Source: an uncultured Acidobacteriaceae bacterium
GTDB lineage: Bacteria > Acidobacteriota > Terriglobia > Terriglobales > Acidobacteriaceae
Assembly: GCA_963748555.1 (NCBI GenBank)
Contig: CAVVJK010000005.1
Location: 85,291 to 149,290 of the forward strand
Length of the DNA: 64,000 nucleotides
Direction of reading: 5' to 3'
Made by a program: the position numbers and the translations under genes. The first letter of the stretch is position 1. Each line of letters begins with the position of its first letter. The notes below the pieces were generated by a model. The model did no database searches, was not told the origin of the DNA, and worked only from the letters and a program-made list of their open reading frames with translations. Shown here one piece after another: positions 39,276-51,868 of this stretch.

Positions 39276-40885
39276 TTGATCGCTTCTCCCACCGCGGAGT
39301 GTCTCGGACAAATCGGGTTACCGGCACCAGTTCGCGAACTCGCGGGCCGCGCGTGGGACGCCATCCTCGTGGGCGCAGGCCACAATGGCCTTGCCTGTGC
39401 CGCCTATCTCGCCAGGGCAGGCAAGCGGGTCCTGGTGCTCGAGAGCCGCGACCGCATCGGCGGCGCCTGCACCGTAGAGGAGCCGTTCCCCGGCGTTCGC
39501 ATGTCGCCGTGCGCCTACCTCGCCGGACTGCTTCACCCTGTTGTGATCAGCGAACTCAACCTGCCCGAACGCGGCTTCACCTGGACTCCGGCCAGCAACG
39601 GCCTCTTCGTTCCATTCCTCGATGGCAGCAGCATTCAACTCTGGGACGACGACGATCTGTGCGAGGCCGAGGTGCGCCGCTTTTCGCCCCAGGATGTCGA
39701 CGGCTGGAAAGCGATGAGCGATGTCATCCGCCGCCTGCGCGACGCGCTCCGTCCCGCCGGCGATCGTGATCTCTGGCTCGGGGATGCACCTACCCGCGAC
39801 GAAATCGACGAGCGCCTCGGCAACGACGCCGAAGCTCGATCACGTGCTGTTCGATTGGTCGATGGCCGAGTTTGTTGAGCGTTATCTCCGCGATGAACGC
39901 TTACAGATCGCCTACCTCGGCCAGGGAGTGATCGGTACGAACGCCAGCCCCTTTGACGCAGGCACCGCCTCCATTCGCTTCCATCACTCTTCGGGCAGGC
40001 TGGGCGGCATGCCCGGCATGTGGGGCTATGTCAAAGGCGGAATGGGCATGGTCTCCTTCTACCTCTGCGACGCGGCTCGCGAGGCGGGCGCGGTCGTCGC
40101 TGCTGGCGTTCCGGTCGCCGCCATCGTGCCCGGCGAAGGAGTGCTGCTCGAAGGCGGCGAGCGCATCTCCGCACCGCTCGTGATTTCAAACGCAGACCCG
40201 CGCCAGACCTTGCGCCTGCTCGGCAAGCGCCGCCGACCAGCAATGGCGGTCCCGGGTTGAAGCTGTTCCGATCGAGGGCTGCACCGTCAAGCTCAACGTC
40301 CTGCTGCGCGAACTGCCCAACTTCACTGCGCGTCCTGGAACCTGCGAACCTCATCACTACGGCCAGATCAACGCACCGCTCACCAAGTCCGAATGGAAGG
40401 CAGGCTTTGCGGCGGCCCGCGCCGGCAGACTCCCTGGTCAACTCTGGTGCGAACTTTACTTCCAGAGCGTTCACGACCGCAGTGTCGTCCCGGATGGCCA
40501 GCACACCATGAGCGTCTTCGCACAATACGTTCCATATACGTTTGCGGAAGGGGATTGGGACACGCATCGCGAGAGCGCACGTCGCCTCGCGCTCGAGTCG
40601 ATCGGCCGATTCTGCAGCAACCTGCCGGATGCGGTGCTGGATGCGCAGGTTCTCGGTCCGCCAGATATCGAGAAGAAAGTCGGCCTGACCGGCGGTCACA
40701 TCTTCCAGGGTGAATGCCTGCCGCAATTTATGTGGAGCAACCGGCTCAGCCCGCGAACTCCCATGCCCGGCGTCTATCTATGCGGAGCCTGCACCCATCC
40801 CGGCGGCAGCGTCATCGGTATCAACGGAAGAAATGCAGCGATGGCCATATTGAAGGACGAAACCCAGCGAACCGCAAGCTCATAG
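39276..40885 (+). CDS. Phytoene-desaturase-family NAD(P)/FAD-dependent oxidoreductase; frame broken near 39835 and 40245
   Basis: Dinucleotide fold AILVGAGHNGLACAAYLARAGKRVLVLESRDRIGG. Middle segment in ORF 39721..40260. C-terminal signature GLTGGHIFQGE...PGVYLCGACTHPGGSVIG in ORF 40508..40885. The TTG start at 39276 is uncertain. Confidence 0.75.
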
Positions 40886-40975
40886 AACCGTCGGAGGCGA
40901 TTCATCTCCACCATCATCCAGGGAGCCAGCGAAGAGCCCGAAGCGGCGCGGATCGCCCCGTCGCTGAAGCGCAAC

Positions 40976-42356
40976 ATGGGCTTCGCGGACCTTGCCCTTT
41001 TTTACGTGGTAAGTGGACTGAGCCTGCGTTGGATCGCAACCGCCGCCGCTGCCGGTCCCAGCACCATCGTCATCTGGGTCTTCGCGCTCTTTGGTTTTTT
41101 CCTGCCCCTCGCCGCCAGCGTGCTGGAACTCTCGTCCCGCTATCCTCAGGAGGGCGGCCTCTACGTCTGGACCCGGCTCGCCTTCGGTGATCTCGCGGGT
41201 TTCACCGCCGGCTGGACCTACTGGATGAGCAACCTGCCCTACTTCCCCAGCGTGCTGTACTTTGCCGCGGGCAGCCTGCTCTTCGTTGCGCCCAGCCATA
41301 CCGCACGACTCGCCGCCAGCCCCGCGTACTACATGTTCTTCGCAGTCACTTGCCTTGCGATCATCACCGCGCTCAATGTCGTGGGCCTCAACGTGGGCAA
41401 GTGGGTGAACAACCTGGGCGCGATTGGTGCGTGGCTTCCGGTGGTGATCCTGGTTGCATTGGCTGCGATCTTCGGCTGGCGCTTCGGCTCGGCGACTCGT
41501 TTCAACCTGGCCACGCTCATGCCGCATTTGCAGTTGAAGAACGCGGTCTTCTGGTCAACCATCTTCTTCGCGTTTGGCGGCTGTGAGTGCGCTTCATTCA
41601 TGGCCGAAGAAATCAAAGAACCGCGCCGCACCATTCCCCGCGCGCTCATGGTGGGCGGCAGTGTGCTCGCGATCAGCTACATTGCCGGCACGATCGCCAT
41701 GCTGATTGCGCTTCCGAGTTCGGCAGTCAACGGCGTTGGGGGATTCGGGCTGGCGATGTCGACCCTCTCAGAACGCCTGGGTCTCGGCCCACTTGCCGTG
41801 ATCATCGCCCTGCTGGTGACGCTGAGCAGCATCGGCAATGCGGCCGCGTTTCTCTCGGCTACCTCGCGCCTGCCCTTTGTCGCAGGGATCGACCGCTATC
41901 TGCCCGCGGCTTTCAGTCGCGTGCATCCGCGCTGGAAGACGCCGGCCATCGCCATCAGTTCCTACGGCCTCGCGGGTATTCTCGTAGCCTTCCTCGGACA
42001 GGCCGGAACGACCGTGAAGGGCGCCTACGACCTGCTCGTCAGCATGTCCATCATCACCTACTTCATCCCGTATGTGTTTCTGTTTGCCTCGCGCCTTCGG
42101 CTGGAAGGACAAGCCGGCGGAGCGCAACCCTACCGTCTTCCCGGCGGCAAATGGCTGGCCATTCCTCTCGCCTGGATCGGCCTGCTGAGCACGCTCATTA
42201 CCATCGTCCTCTCCGTCATTCCCGGCGAAGACGAACCCCACAAGACTGCAGGCGGTAATCAAGATTCTGGTGCTGACGCTGGTGCTGGTTGGCGCGGGCG
42301 TGGCCGTCTTCGCAATTGGGAAGAAGCGCGCCCATGCTTCGAGCGCGCTGCTCTGA
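40976..42356 (+). CDS. APC-superfamily amino acid permease; frame broken near 42250
   Basis: 12-TM pattern with FADLALFYVVSGLSLRWI and FAFGGCECASFMAEEIKEPRRTIPRAL. The last TM (AVIKILVLTLVLVGAGVAVFAIGKK) and the stop at 42354-42356 are in frame 0. The in-frame upstream codons (..PSLKRN) look coding but have no ATG/GTG/TTG, so the 5' end may also be damaged. Confidence 0.75.
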
Positions 42357-42408
42357 GATTTTTTCTGAACGCGAGTGCAGCATCTCCACGTACAGTCGCG
42401 GTTACAAT

Positions 42409-44626
42409 TCACTGCATCCTGGTCAGATAAAACGAAGCCGCCTGGAAGTCCCCCGACAGCGACAGGTCGACTCCATGTGACATCCAGTACGCTCCCGTCG
42501 CCGATTCGGGGACCGTCGCCTTGCCCGCAATCCACTCGATCCGGTACTTTGCCTCTGGATCCAGCCCGCGTAGCGATATTCGCGGAAAGGGATACTGCAT
42601 GGTGCTCGAATGCAGAAAGGCGAATACCACCGCCTGGCTCTTATCTTCTGACACCGACTCGGTTACAGATTGCTCGCTCCCGTTCAGCGGCGAGATCAGC
42701 CGGTACAGCGAACCGTGCTGCACCGTTTCTCGCACCTGCTTGTAAGCCGTTACCATCTTCTTCGCCGTGGCGAAATCTTCGGGTCCCCAGTGCGTCAGGT
42801 TCGCGCCGATTCCAAGGCCGCCCTGCATGGAAGAGAGGAAGCGGTACTCGAGCGAAGTCGAGCGCTTGTTGGCGAAGTTCGGCGAATCCGTCACCCACGC
42901 CATCATGATGCCCGGCGTATATGCGTAGGTGAAGCCGTTCTGAATACTCAGCCGGTCATACGGGATCGGTGTTATCGGATGGCCACACTTCGTCGGTCAG
43001 CCGCAGAATGCCCAGGTCGACGCGGCCGCCTCCACCGGAACACGACTCGATCTCCACCTTCGGATGTTTCTCGCGCAACTCCTTCAGGATCGCGTACAGG
43101 TTCTCCGTGTACTTCACGTAGACCTGTTTTTGCTCGTCGGCCGAGACCGCTGGCCATCCCGGCTCCGCCCAGTTGCGGTTGTAATCCCATTTGAGGAAGG
43201 CGATGTCGTTCTCGTTCAGGAGCTTGTCCAGAAATCCGAGCACGTATTCGCGCACATCCGGCCGCGCGAGGTTCAGGACCAACTGGGTGCGCCCCTCAGT
43301 CCGTGGACGACCGGTAAAGTTCAGCACCCAGTCCGGATGCTTCCGATACAGATCGCTGTTGGGGTTCACCATCTCGGGCTCCACCCATAGGCCAAAGTCC
43401 ATTCCGAGCGAATGCACCTTGTCGATCAGCGGCTTGAGTCCATGCGGAAACTTCTGCGGATTGACATACCAGTCGCCCAGCCCGGCGTGGTCTGTCATGC
43501 GCTGGCCGAACCAGCCATCGTCCATCACGAACCGCTCCACGCCGAAACTCGCAGCCTTCTCTGCCAGCGCGGTCTGACTCGCCTCGTCGACGTTGAACTC
43601 GGTCGCCTCCCACGAGTTGTAGATCACTGGCCGGGGCTTCGGCTTCGGCGCCTGCGGCAGGATCGAAGCCAGTTCAAACCGGTGCAGCAGCCGCGAAGCT
43701 TCGCCGATGCCATGACGCGTGTATCCGCCATAGAACACCGGCGTCCGCAGCGTTTCACCCGGCGCGAGCTTGTAGCCAAAATCGAACGGGTTGAATCCTC
43801 CCGTCACGCGCACCTGCTCGATTTGATCCTGCTCCACCGTGATCCGCCACGAACCGCTCCACGCCAGCGCGCCAAACCAAACGTCGCCCGTATCCTCGTC
43901 GCCGCTCGTGCCCCGTTCGATCGCAAACCAGGGATTGTTCTGGTGCCCGGTCGATCCGCGCCGGCTCTCCAGCACCCGTGCGCCACTGTGAATCGGGTCC
44001 CGATGCAACTGCCATTCCCCGGCCCAACGGCCCGTCAGCGAGTAGAGCGAATAGTCGGTCGCGTGCGGCAGTGTCCACGTTCCAGACTCGGCCTGCTCCA
44101 CCACCAGCGGGTCCTTGGTATGGTTCACGATCTCCGCCGATCGCCCCAGAATGCCCGTCGCCGGATCCATCTCGTACTTGAGGTTCACGACCACGTCGCG
44201 CGAAATATCCTTGGCCACCACACGCAACGCGTTGCCTTCCACCGTGTGCGAAACGTAATGCAGCACCAGGTCGCGATTGCCATCCGGGAACGTGATCTTG
44301 AGCGCCGGTTCGACATAGAGGCCCGCACCCCATCCTGCAAATTCCTGCGGAGTGGTCGTCGTCGTCATATCGAACGAGGCATGCTCTGGCTTGACCTTCG
44401 CCGGCCCGAGCGCGTCCTCCGCCCCCAGCCGTCCGCCCCAGAACAGCGGCTGCAACTCGCCCCGCTCATTTACGCCAAATGCGTAGGTCACGTTGGCTGC
44501 GTCCAGACGAAAGACACGGCTTTGCGAATCGTAGTGGATCAAAACTTTACCCTCCTCAGCCGCCCATCCGAAGGTCGTCAGCATGGCAAAGGAAATCAGG
44601 AACAAGGCTACGCGCAGAGTTTTCAT
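42409..44626 (-). CDS. GH36 alpha-galactosidase; frame broken near 42958
   Basis: Signal peptide MKTLRVALFLISFAMLTTFGWA. GH36 core: VIYNSWEATEFNVDE...FVMDDGWFG...GLWVEPEMVNP...LKWDYNR. The junction SDNTDP|YDRLSIQNGFTYAYTPGIMMAWVTDSPN is restored by removing one C from the CCC run. Confidence 0.85.
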
Positions 44627-44857
44627 GGCGCCTACGAGTGTAAACGCTTGCCGCAATTTCGGAACTGGGGTTGGCGTTCAATCCCCAAATTCCAGCTTAG
44701 GCGCGTCCGCATCCGGAACATCGGCTCTCCTGCTTCTTCACCGCGCGCTTGGCTTGCGGGTAAGCTGTCCTCACGGGGCATCCGCCTGAACCGCCGCAAG
44801 AGGCGATTCCCAGTCATGAACCCGCCTCTTCAAAACCGGTCAGAACGGAGATCTCCC

Positions 44858-45337
44858 ATGCCTGCTGCTGAGCACTCCAGATTCATGGAAATGGCAATCG
44901 AGCTAGCCACCAGGAATGTCGAAGAGCAAGGAGGAGGTCCGTTCGGAGCGGTCGTCGTTCGCGATGGGGAAGTGCTGGCCGCCGTTGCGAACCGCGTTAC
45001 CCTCGATAACGACCCGACCGCGCATGCTGAAGTAGTTGCGATTCGCAATGCTTGCCGCCGGCTCGGCGCCTTTCAGCTCCAGGGCTGCACCATCTACACC
45101 AGTTGCGAACCCTGCCCGATGTGCCTCGCTGCCATCTACTGGTCTCGTGCCGATGCGGTCTATTATTCCAACACCCAAGAGGAAGCTGCCGCCGCAGGCT
45201 TTGACGACTCGCGTATTTACCGCGAACTCGCCCTGCCCATGCCGCAGCGCTCGCTTCGCATGTTCCATCTGGCCAATGAAAAGGCGCTGGAAAGCTTTGA
45301 AAAGTGGCAGACCAGTCCAGCCAAAGTCGACTACTAG
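44858..45337 (+). CDS. guaD: Guanine deaminase (CDA-fold, GuaD-like nucleoside/nucleobase deaminase)
   Basis: GGPFGAVVVRDGEVLA...NDPTAHAEVVAIRNAC...YTSCEPCPMCLAAIYW...AGFDDSRIY closely parallels B. subtilis GuaD as I remember it. Only the last 160 codons of track ORF 43412..45337 are genic. Confidence 0.8.
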   Translation: MPAAEHSRFMEMAIELATRNVEEQGGGPFGAVVVRDGEVLAAVANRVTLDNDPTAHAEVVAIRNACRRLGAFQLQGCTIYTSCEPCPMCLAAIYWSRADAVYYSNTQEEAAAAGFDDSRIYRELALPMPQRSLRMFHLANEKALESFEKWQTSPAKVDY

Positions 45338-45341
45338 AGCC

Positions 45342-46650
45342 TCAGCTCGAGCCCATGTAGACGAACCGCGCCAGGAAGAGCAGCGCCAGCACATACAGCA
45401 GCCATTCCTCCTTGCGAAACCGGCCGCTGGCCACACGCAGTGCGGCATACGATACCAGTCCGAACCCCAGGCCGTTCGCGATGCTGTAGGTCAGCGGAAT
45501 CATGATTACTGTCAGGAATGCCGGCAGTCCGATGGTCGGCTCCGACCAGGGAATCTCGCTGATGTGCGACAGCATCAGCGAGCCCACCACGATCAGGGCC
45601 GGCGCAGTCGCCGCCGAGGGCAGCACCCCCACCAACGGCGCCACGAAGAGAGCTGCGAGAAAAAGCAAGCCGGTGACGATCGCGGTCACGCCGCTGCGCC
45701 CGCCCGCCGCAACCCCGGCCGCGCTCTCGATGTAGCTGGTCACGGTACTCGTTCCCGCGAAGGAACCGGCAATCGTCGCAGTCGCATCGGCCAGCAGAAT
45801 GCGGTCGACCCGCGGAATTTCATGGTTCTCGGCGATCAGCCCCGCCTTCTTGCTCACGGCAACCAGCGTCCCGAGGTTGTCGAACAGATCCACAAACAGG
45901 AACACGAAGACGATCTCGAACAACCCAACGTGGAGCGCGCCGCGGATATCCAGCCGAAATGCGGTCTGCGTGATGCTCGACAGCCGGTAGGGTTGCCGGC
46001 GCCCAATGCACCAGCCCCAGCACCCATCCCAGCAGCGTCGTTCCCACGATGCCGAAGAGAATGGCTCCGCGCAATCTCCATGCATACAGGATCGCTACCA
46101 GCAGCACACCGAACACGGCGAGTGCGGTCTGTGGCTGTCGTAGATTTCCCAGCGCGACGGTGGTGGAGCTATTGGGCACGATGATGCCCGCATTCCTCAG
46201 CCCGATAAACGCGATGAAGAGCCCGATGCCGCCCGCCACCGCCGGGTACAACTCGTAAGGAATACTCCTCAGAATCCTCTGCCGGAACCCCACCAGCGTC
46301 AGCAGCATAAAGATCACGCCTGACAGGAAAACCGCACCCAGGGCCGTCTGCCATGGGATTCCTAAACCCTTCACCACCGAGTAGGTGAAGTAGGCATTCA
46401 ATCCCATGCCCGGCGCCAGAGCGATCGGGTACCGCGCCATCACGCCCATCAGGATGCTGCCGATCGCCGCAGACAGGCAGGTCGCTGCCGTTACCGCAGC
46501 GAGCGGCATCCCGGTTTCGTGCAGAATGGCAGGGTTGACCACCACGATGTAGGCCATCGTGATAAAGGTCGTGAAGCCCGCCAGGGCCTCGGTGCGCCAC
46601 GTCGTTTGCAGGCGCGAAAACTCGAAGTAGCCTTCCAGCTGTTTGCGCAT
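45342..46650 (-). CDS. NCS2/AzgA-type adenine/guanine/hypoxanthine permease; frame broken near 45995
   Basis: ATG 46650 gives MRKQLEGYFEFSRLQTTWRTEALAGFTTFITMAYIVVVNPAIL..., the AzgA-family start. The downstream half (FVDLFDNLGTLVAVSKKAGL...TSYIESAAGVAAGGRSG) is in ORF 45342..46085. Confidence 0.85.
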
Positions 46651-46805
46651 GTGCCTTTCTGAATACCACACCCGGTACCGGGGCGCTGAAGCAATTTCCC
46701 GCACCCCGCCAGCCCTGCGCCCAGATTCCTCCGCAATCGCCGCGCCGCGTAGGGGCCTCAGCGGTTCTGAAGAGCCGAAGACTATACTGGATACCAGGCG
46801 CAACC

Positions 46806-47625
46806 ATGCATCTTGAAAAAATTCTCGTCCGAACGCGGCAGGATATAGCGGAGCGCAAGCAGCGGCAGCCCCTGTCTGCCCTCGGAGTCGCTGGCCGCCG
46901 CTCATCAACCTCGCGGCTTTGCTGCCTGCCTTCGCAAACACGCGCAGCATGGCCCGGCAATCATCGCGGAATTGAAGAAGGCCTCGCCGTCCAAAGGCCT
47001 CATCCGCGACCAGTTCGATGCAGGGGCGCTCGCCATGGGACTCGCTGCCGGCGGAGCCGCGGCCCTCTCAGTCCTCACCGAAGAGCACTTTTTCCTGGGC
47101 AGCCTGCGGAATCTTGAGATCGCCTCCGACGTCACGAAGCTCCCCTGCCTGCGCAAAGACTTCATCCTCGACGAATTTCAGATTCTCGAAGCCCGCGCCC
47201 ACGGAGCCGATGCCATCCTGCTCATTGCCGCCGCGCTCAACGACCAGCAGTTGCAAAGTCTTACCCGCACCGCTCACGGCTACGAACTCGATGTCCTCTG
47301 CGAAGTGCACACCCAGGAGGAACTCGATCGCGTCGGTGCGCTCGGCTGCGATGCCTACGGCGTGAACAATCGCAACCTGCATACCTTCGACATTACCCTC
47401 GATACCTCGCTTGCTCTCGCCGAACGCCTTCCCGCCGGCGCTGTCCACATCGCTGAAAGTGGCATTCACACCGCCGAAGATCTCAATCTTCTGCGCAATG
47501 CCGGCTACCACGCCTTCCTCATCGGCGAATCGCTGATGCGTAAGCCCGATCCAGGCAAAGCCCTGGGCCGTCTCATCTTTGAGTCGCTTGAATCTCACTC
47601 CACTTTGGCGGCGAAAGGGAACTAG
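46806..47625 (+). CDS. trpC: Indole-3-glycerol phosphate synthase; frame broken near 46880
   Basis: MHLEKILVRTRQDIAERKQRQPLSAL | ESLAAAHQPRGFAACLRKHAQHGPAIIAELKKASPSKGLIR...LRKDFILDEFQILEARAHGADAILLI...VNNRNL...ESGI. Confidence 0.9.
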
Positions 47626-47630
47626 GGCCG

Positions 47631-48309
47631 ATGTGGATCAAGATCTGCGCCAACACCAGCCTTGAGGACGCGCAATTCGCCGCCGCTAGCGGGGCCGATG
47701 CGGTGGGCTTTGTGTTCGCTGCCAGCCCGCGCCAGGTCACGCTCGATCAGGTCCGTGTGATCGCTCCATTGCTGCCGTCCAGTCTTGAGAAAATTGGCGT
47801 CTTCGTCGACGCAGGCTTCGATGCTATCGTCCACGCCGTCACCGTCTGCGCCCTTACCGGCGTTCAACTCCATCACACCGAAGACGTGACGCTCGCCTCA
47901 CGGCTGAAGCAGCACTTCTCCTCGCAGCCGGGCGCACCGGTGCGGATTCTTCAGGTTGTGCACTACGGTCCCGACCTCGCCGAGCGGGTCAAGGCTCTTC
48001 GTTCGAACCCAGATGTTGATGCCATTCTCGTCGACTCGCGCACCGTCAAGGCAGTCGGAGGCACCGGTATCGTCTTCGATTGGGAGGCGGCGCAGGACAG
48101 CTTCACCGCGTTCCCCTGCCCGTATGGTGGTGGCCGGTGGACTGAATGCCGAAAATGTAACCGAAGCCATCGAAACCCTGCGCCCCTGGGGGGTCGATGT
48201 CGCCAGCGGAGTCGAAGCCTCTCCCGGCAAGAAAGACCCGGAGCGCGTACGCGCCTTCATCGCGGCAGCCCGGGCGGCGTCGATGCAGCCCGTCAAAGTC
48301 GGTCGCTGA
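47631..48309 (+). CDS. trpF: Phosphoribosylanthranilate isomerase; frame broken near 48115
   Basis: [36 protein letters not shown]...[17 protein letters not shown]... | [31 protein letters not shown] (tail in ORF 47956..48309). There is a 5-nt gap after trpC. Confidence 0.85.
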
Positions 48310-48363
48310 ACCGGGTTGGGTCCGCCCGCCCGATCACGTAAGCTACTAGTGAAGAGGTTTCTT

Positions 48364-49578
48364 GTGAGCACAACTGTCAATCCCAATCAGATTCACTCCA
48401 AGGTCGGCCGCTTCGGTGCCTACGGCGGGCGCTATGTCCCGGAAACCCTCATGGCAGCACTTGAAGAACTGGACTTTGCCTACGCCCAGGCGGATGCCGA
48501 TCCCGCCTTCCACTCCGAACTCGATTCGTTGCTAAAGGACTATGCCGGCCGCCCAACGCCCCTCTACTTCGCCACCCGGCTCACCGAACATCTCGGTGGC
48601 GCCAGGATTTATCTCAAGCGCGAAGACCTGCTCCACACCGGCGCTCACAAGATCAACAACTGCATCGGACAGGCGCTGCTCGCCCGCCGGATGGGCAAGC
48701 GCCGCATCATCGCCGAAACCGGTGCCGGCCAGCACGGCGTGGCGACGGCTACGGTATGCGCCCTCTTCGGCCTCGATTGCGTCGTCTACATGGGCGAAGA
48801 AGACATGCGCCGCCAGGAGCTCAACGTCTATCGCATGCGCCTGCTGGGCGCTGAAGTGCGCGGCGTTAACTCCGGTTCGCGGACGCTCAAGGACGCAATC
48901 AACGAAGCCATGCGGGACTGGGTCACGAATGTCCGCACGACCCACTATCTTCTCGGCAGCGTGCTCGGCGCCCATCCCTACCCGACCATGGTGCGCGACT
49001 TCCATCGCGTCATCAGCCGCGAGATGCGCGGTCAGATCCTGGAGAAGGAAGGCCGTCTGCCCACCGCTGTCATCGCCTGCGTAGGCGGCGGCTCTAACGC
49101 GATCGGCGCCTTCTACGAATTCATTGCCGATACCAGTGTCCGCCTGATCGGCATCGAAGCCGGCGGCCGCGGTTCGGCCCTGGGGTCCCATGCGGCTCGC
49201 TTCAGCGGCGGATCGCCCGGCGTGCTCCAGGGAACCTATTCCTACGTTCTTCAAGATGAGGCTGGACAGATCTCGCTCACGCACTCCGTCTCCGCCGGGC
49301 TTGACTACGCCTCGGTCGGCCCGGAACACGCCTCGCTGCATGACTCCGGACGCGCCGAGTACCGCTCCGCCACCGATGAAGAGGCCTTGCAGGCGACCGT
49401 GACCCTTGCCCGGACCGAAGGTATCCTTCCCGCGCTCGAGAGCGCTCACGCGGTTGCCGAATGCCTCAAGCTGGCCCCGACGCTCACCTCGCGTGACATA
49501 CTGGTAGTCAATGTTTCAGGGCGCGGCGACAAGGATATGGGTATCCTGGCTCGCGAACTGAACCTCAAAGGAGCTTGA
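48364..49578 (+). CDS. trpB: Tryptophan synthase beta chain
   Basis: [46 protein letters not shown]. Intact. GTG 48364 is taken as the start (uncertain by a few codons). Confidence 0.95.
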   Translation: MSTTVNPNQIHSKVGRFGAYGGRYVPETLMAALEELDFAYAQADADPAFHSELDSLLKDYAGRPTPLYFATRLTEHLGGARIYLKREDLLHTGAHKINNCIGQALLARRMGKRRIIAETGAGQHGVATATVCALFGLDCVVYMGEEDMRRQELNVYRMRLLGAEVRGVNSGSRTLKDAINEAMRDWVTNVRTTHYLLGSVLGAHPYPTMVRDFHRVISREMRGQILEKEGRLPTAVIACVGGGSNAIGAFYEFIADTSVRLIGIEAGGRGSALGSHAARFSGGSPGVLQGTYSYVLQDEAGQISLTHSVSAGLDYASVGPEHASLHDSGRAEYRSATDEEALQATVTLARTEGILPALESAHAVAECLKLAPTLTSRDILVVNVSGRGDKDMGILARELNLKGA

Positions 49579-49581
49579 GGA

Positions 49582-50397
49582 ATGCCCATTCGCTTTGAGG
49601 CCGGGCAACGGTCCACGTCGGCCGCTGACGGCTCGAAAGCAGCCGGCCTGGTTGTCTATCTCACGGCCGGCGATCCGGACTTGAACACCACGCGCGAGAT
49701 TGCGCTCGCCGCCATCGACGCCGGTGCAGACGTCATCGAACTAGGCGTTCCCTTCAGCGATCCTCTGGCCGACGGTCCCGTCATTCAACGCGCCAGTGAA
49801 CGCGCCGTCGCCCGCGGCACTCGTCTTGAAGAGGTCCTCGCGGTTGCCGCCGACATTCGTGCCCAACGTCCGCAGGCAGGCCTGGTCATCTTCTCTTACT
49901 TCAATCCGGTACTGCGCTACGGGCTCGAGCGCTTCTGTGCCGCCGCCGAACAGGCCGGCGTTGACGGCGTCCTCATCACCGACATGATCGTCGAGGAAGC
50001 GGACGAGTACCTGGAGCATCTGCGCCGACATCATCTCGCTCCCATTTTTCTGGTCGCGCCCACCAGCACCGACGATCGCCTTGAACGCATTGCCGCTGTC
50101 TGCGAAGGCTTCGTTTACGCCATCTCGCGAATGGGTATCACCGGCGCGCAGCAGAGCCTCGCTACCGATGCCGAACAGTTGGTCCGCCGCCTCCGCCGCT
50201 TTACTTCTCTGCCCATCGCGCTCGGCTTCGGCGTCTCCACTGCGGAGCACGTAGCCGCGCTGGGTGAGTTTGCCGACGCTGCGGTCGTTGGCAGCGCCAT
50301 CGTCGCGCTCATCGAGCAGTCCACTCCCGCCGAAGCACCGGATGTGATTGCGCGATTTATCAAGGGTCTGCGCCCCTCGCTGGCGCTGGCCCGTTAA
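49582..50397 (+). CDS. trpA: Tryptophan synthase alpha chain
   Basis: YLTAGDPDL...IELGVPFSDPLADGPVIQ...GFGVS. Starts 3 nt after the trpB stop. Intact. Confidence 0.9.
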   Translation: MPIRFEAGQRSTSAADGSKAAGLVVYLTAGDPDLNTTREIALAAIDAGADVIELGVPFSDPLADGPVIQRASERAVARGTRLEEVLAVAADIRAQRPQAGLVIFSYFNPVLRYGLERFCAAAEQAGVDGVLITDMIVEEADEYLEHLRRHHLAPIFLVAPTSTDDRLERIAAVCEGFVYAISRMGITGAQQSLATDAEQLVRRLRRFTSLPIALGFGVSTAEHVAALGEFADAAVVGSAIVALIEQSTPAEAPDVIARFIKGLRPSLALAR

Positions 50398-50504
50398 ATC
50401 GCCGATCTGCGGCATCCTTGCCGTATCATACGTTTCAACTCCAGCGTGCAGACTCCGGCAGCGTCGCTCATTTACCCGAGCAGCGCGGAGTCGTTGAGGG
50501 ATGA

Positions 50505-50822
50505 ATGGAAATCGAAGAATTGCGTCTCCGAATCGACGAACTGGATCGGGAACTGGTCGCGCTCATCAGCGAACGCGCTCGTTGCGCACAGCAGATCGGT
50601 CAGCTCAAGCGCGCCACCTCCTTGCCGGTCTACGAGCCGAATCGCGAGCGGGTGATCTATGAAAACGTGCGCGCCGCCAATCACGGCCCACTGCCCGATA
50701 TCGAACTGACGCATATCTACGAACGCATCATCGACGTGATGCGCGCCCTGCAACGGGACGAGTTGGCCTCACGCAAATCCGCATCTGCCGAGGGGCAGAG
50801 CGCGAACGACAGCGCGCGTTAG
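50505..50822 (+). CDS. Chorismate mutase (AroQ class)
   Basis: [35 protein letters not shown]...[14 protein letters not shown]. This is the monofunctional helical CM signature. Confidence 0.85.
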   Translation: MEIEELRLRIDELDRELVALISERARCAQQIGQLKRATSLPVYEPNRERVIYENVRAANHGPLPDIELTHIYERIIDVMRALQRDELASRKSASAEGQSANDSAR

Positions 50823-50845
50823 TCGCGCAGGACAGGAATGAAATC

Positions 50846-51865
50846 ATGATCGTCGCAATGCAGGAACACGCTACCGAAGAACAGATTCAGGAGGTCATCG
50901 AGCGCCTCATGGCGCTGGGCTTCAATGTGCATCGCACCACTGGCGCTATTCAGACCATTCTCGCCGGAGTGGGCACCCCGTCTCACTTCGAAGCCAAGGA
51001 TTTCGAAGTTCTCGCCGGCGTCGCGGACGCCCATCGAATCTCTTCGCCCTACAAACTTGCCGGCCGCGGCTTCCGTCCCGAAGGCACCATTGTCACGTTC
51101 CCAAATGGCGTGACCGTCGGTGGAGACGAAGTCGTCGTGATGGCGGGCCCTTGCTCCGTCGAGAGCCGCGACCAGATCGCTCTTAGCGCCGCCATCGTCA
51201 AGGCGGCGGGTGCGAAATTTCTTCGAGGTGGAGCCTTCAAGCCGCGCAGCTCTCCCTACTCCTTCCAGGGGCTCGGCCTCGAGGGACTCAAAGCCTTGCG
51301 CGACGTCGGCGATGCCACCGGACTGCTCATCATCACCGAGGTCATGGAGATCTCGCAGATCGAGCTGATGCTTCCGTACATCGATGTCTTTCAGGTCGGC
51401 GCACGAAATATGCAGAACTTCAACCTGCTGCGCGAACTCGGCCTGGTCCGCAAGCCGATCCTGCTCAAACGCGGCATCGCAGCCACCATCGAAGAGCTTC
51501 TGCTCTCCGCGGAATACATTCTCTCCGGCGGGAACTACGACCTGATGCTCTGCGAACGCGGCATACGCACCTTTGAAACCTACACCCGCAATACCATGGA
51601 CATCTCCGCCATCCCCGTCGTCAAGCATCTCTCGCACCTGCCGATGCTCGGCGACCCTTCGCACGGCACAGGCCGCCGCGACAAGGTTCCCGCGATGGCG
51701 CGCGCTGCCGTCGCCGCCGGTGCTGACGGCCTGCTCATCGAGGTGCATCCCAATCCCGATAAGGCTATCTCAGACGGCGCTCAATCGCTCTTTCCTGAGC
51801 AGTTCGAAAAGCTCATGGAGGAGCTCCGCATCATCGCTCCGGCTGTGAGTAGAAGAATCGGCTGA
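50846..51865 (+). CDS. 3-deoxy-7-phosphoheptulonate (DAHP) synthase, type I-beta with an N-terminal ferredoxin-like regulatory domain
   Basis: MAGPCSVES...[20 protein letters not shown]...[11 protein letters not shown]...KRG...ERGIRTFE...DPSH. It is preceded by a ~70-aa ACT-like N-domain ([28 protein letters not shown]). Confidence 0.9.
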   Translation: MIVAMQEHATEEQIQEVIERLMALGFNVHRTTGAIQTILAGVGTPSHFEAKDFEVLAGVADAHRISSPYKLAGRGFRPEGTIVTFPNGVTVGGDEVVVMAGPCSVESRDQIALSAAIVKAAGAKFLRGGAFKPRSSPYSFQGLGLEGLKALRDVGDATGLLIITEVMEISQIELMLPYIDVFQVGARNMQNFNLLRELGLVRKPILLKRGIAATIEELLLSAEYILSGGNYDLMLCERGIRTFETYTRNTMDISAIPVVKHLSHLPMLGDPSHGTGRRDKVPAMARAAVAAGADGLLIEVHPNPDKAISDGAQSLFPEQFEKLMEELRIIAPAVSRRIG

Positions 51866-51868
51866 CGC

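Noticed and set aside
43412-44857. First about 480 codons of the 641-aa plus-strand ORF 43412..45337
   Set aside because: It is antisense to the well-supported GH36 gene. The translation is Arg/Pro/Leu-rich with no motif, as expected for a spurious open frame in high-GC DNA. Only the last 160 codons (guaD, from ATG 44858 with its own upstream region) are genic.
46651-46805. Possible purine riboswitch or trp attenuator in the divergent permease/trpC region
   Set aside because: I could not find the conserved purine-riboswitch loop sequences. I also found no leader peptide with tandem Trp codons and no terminator/antiterminator pair. Not claimed.
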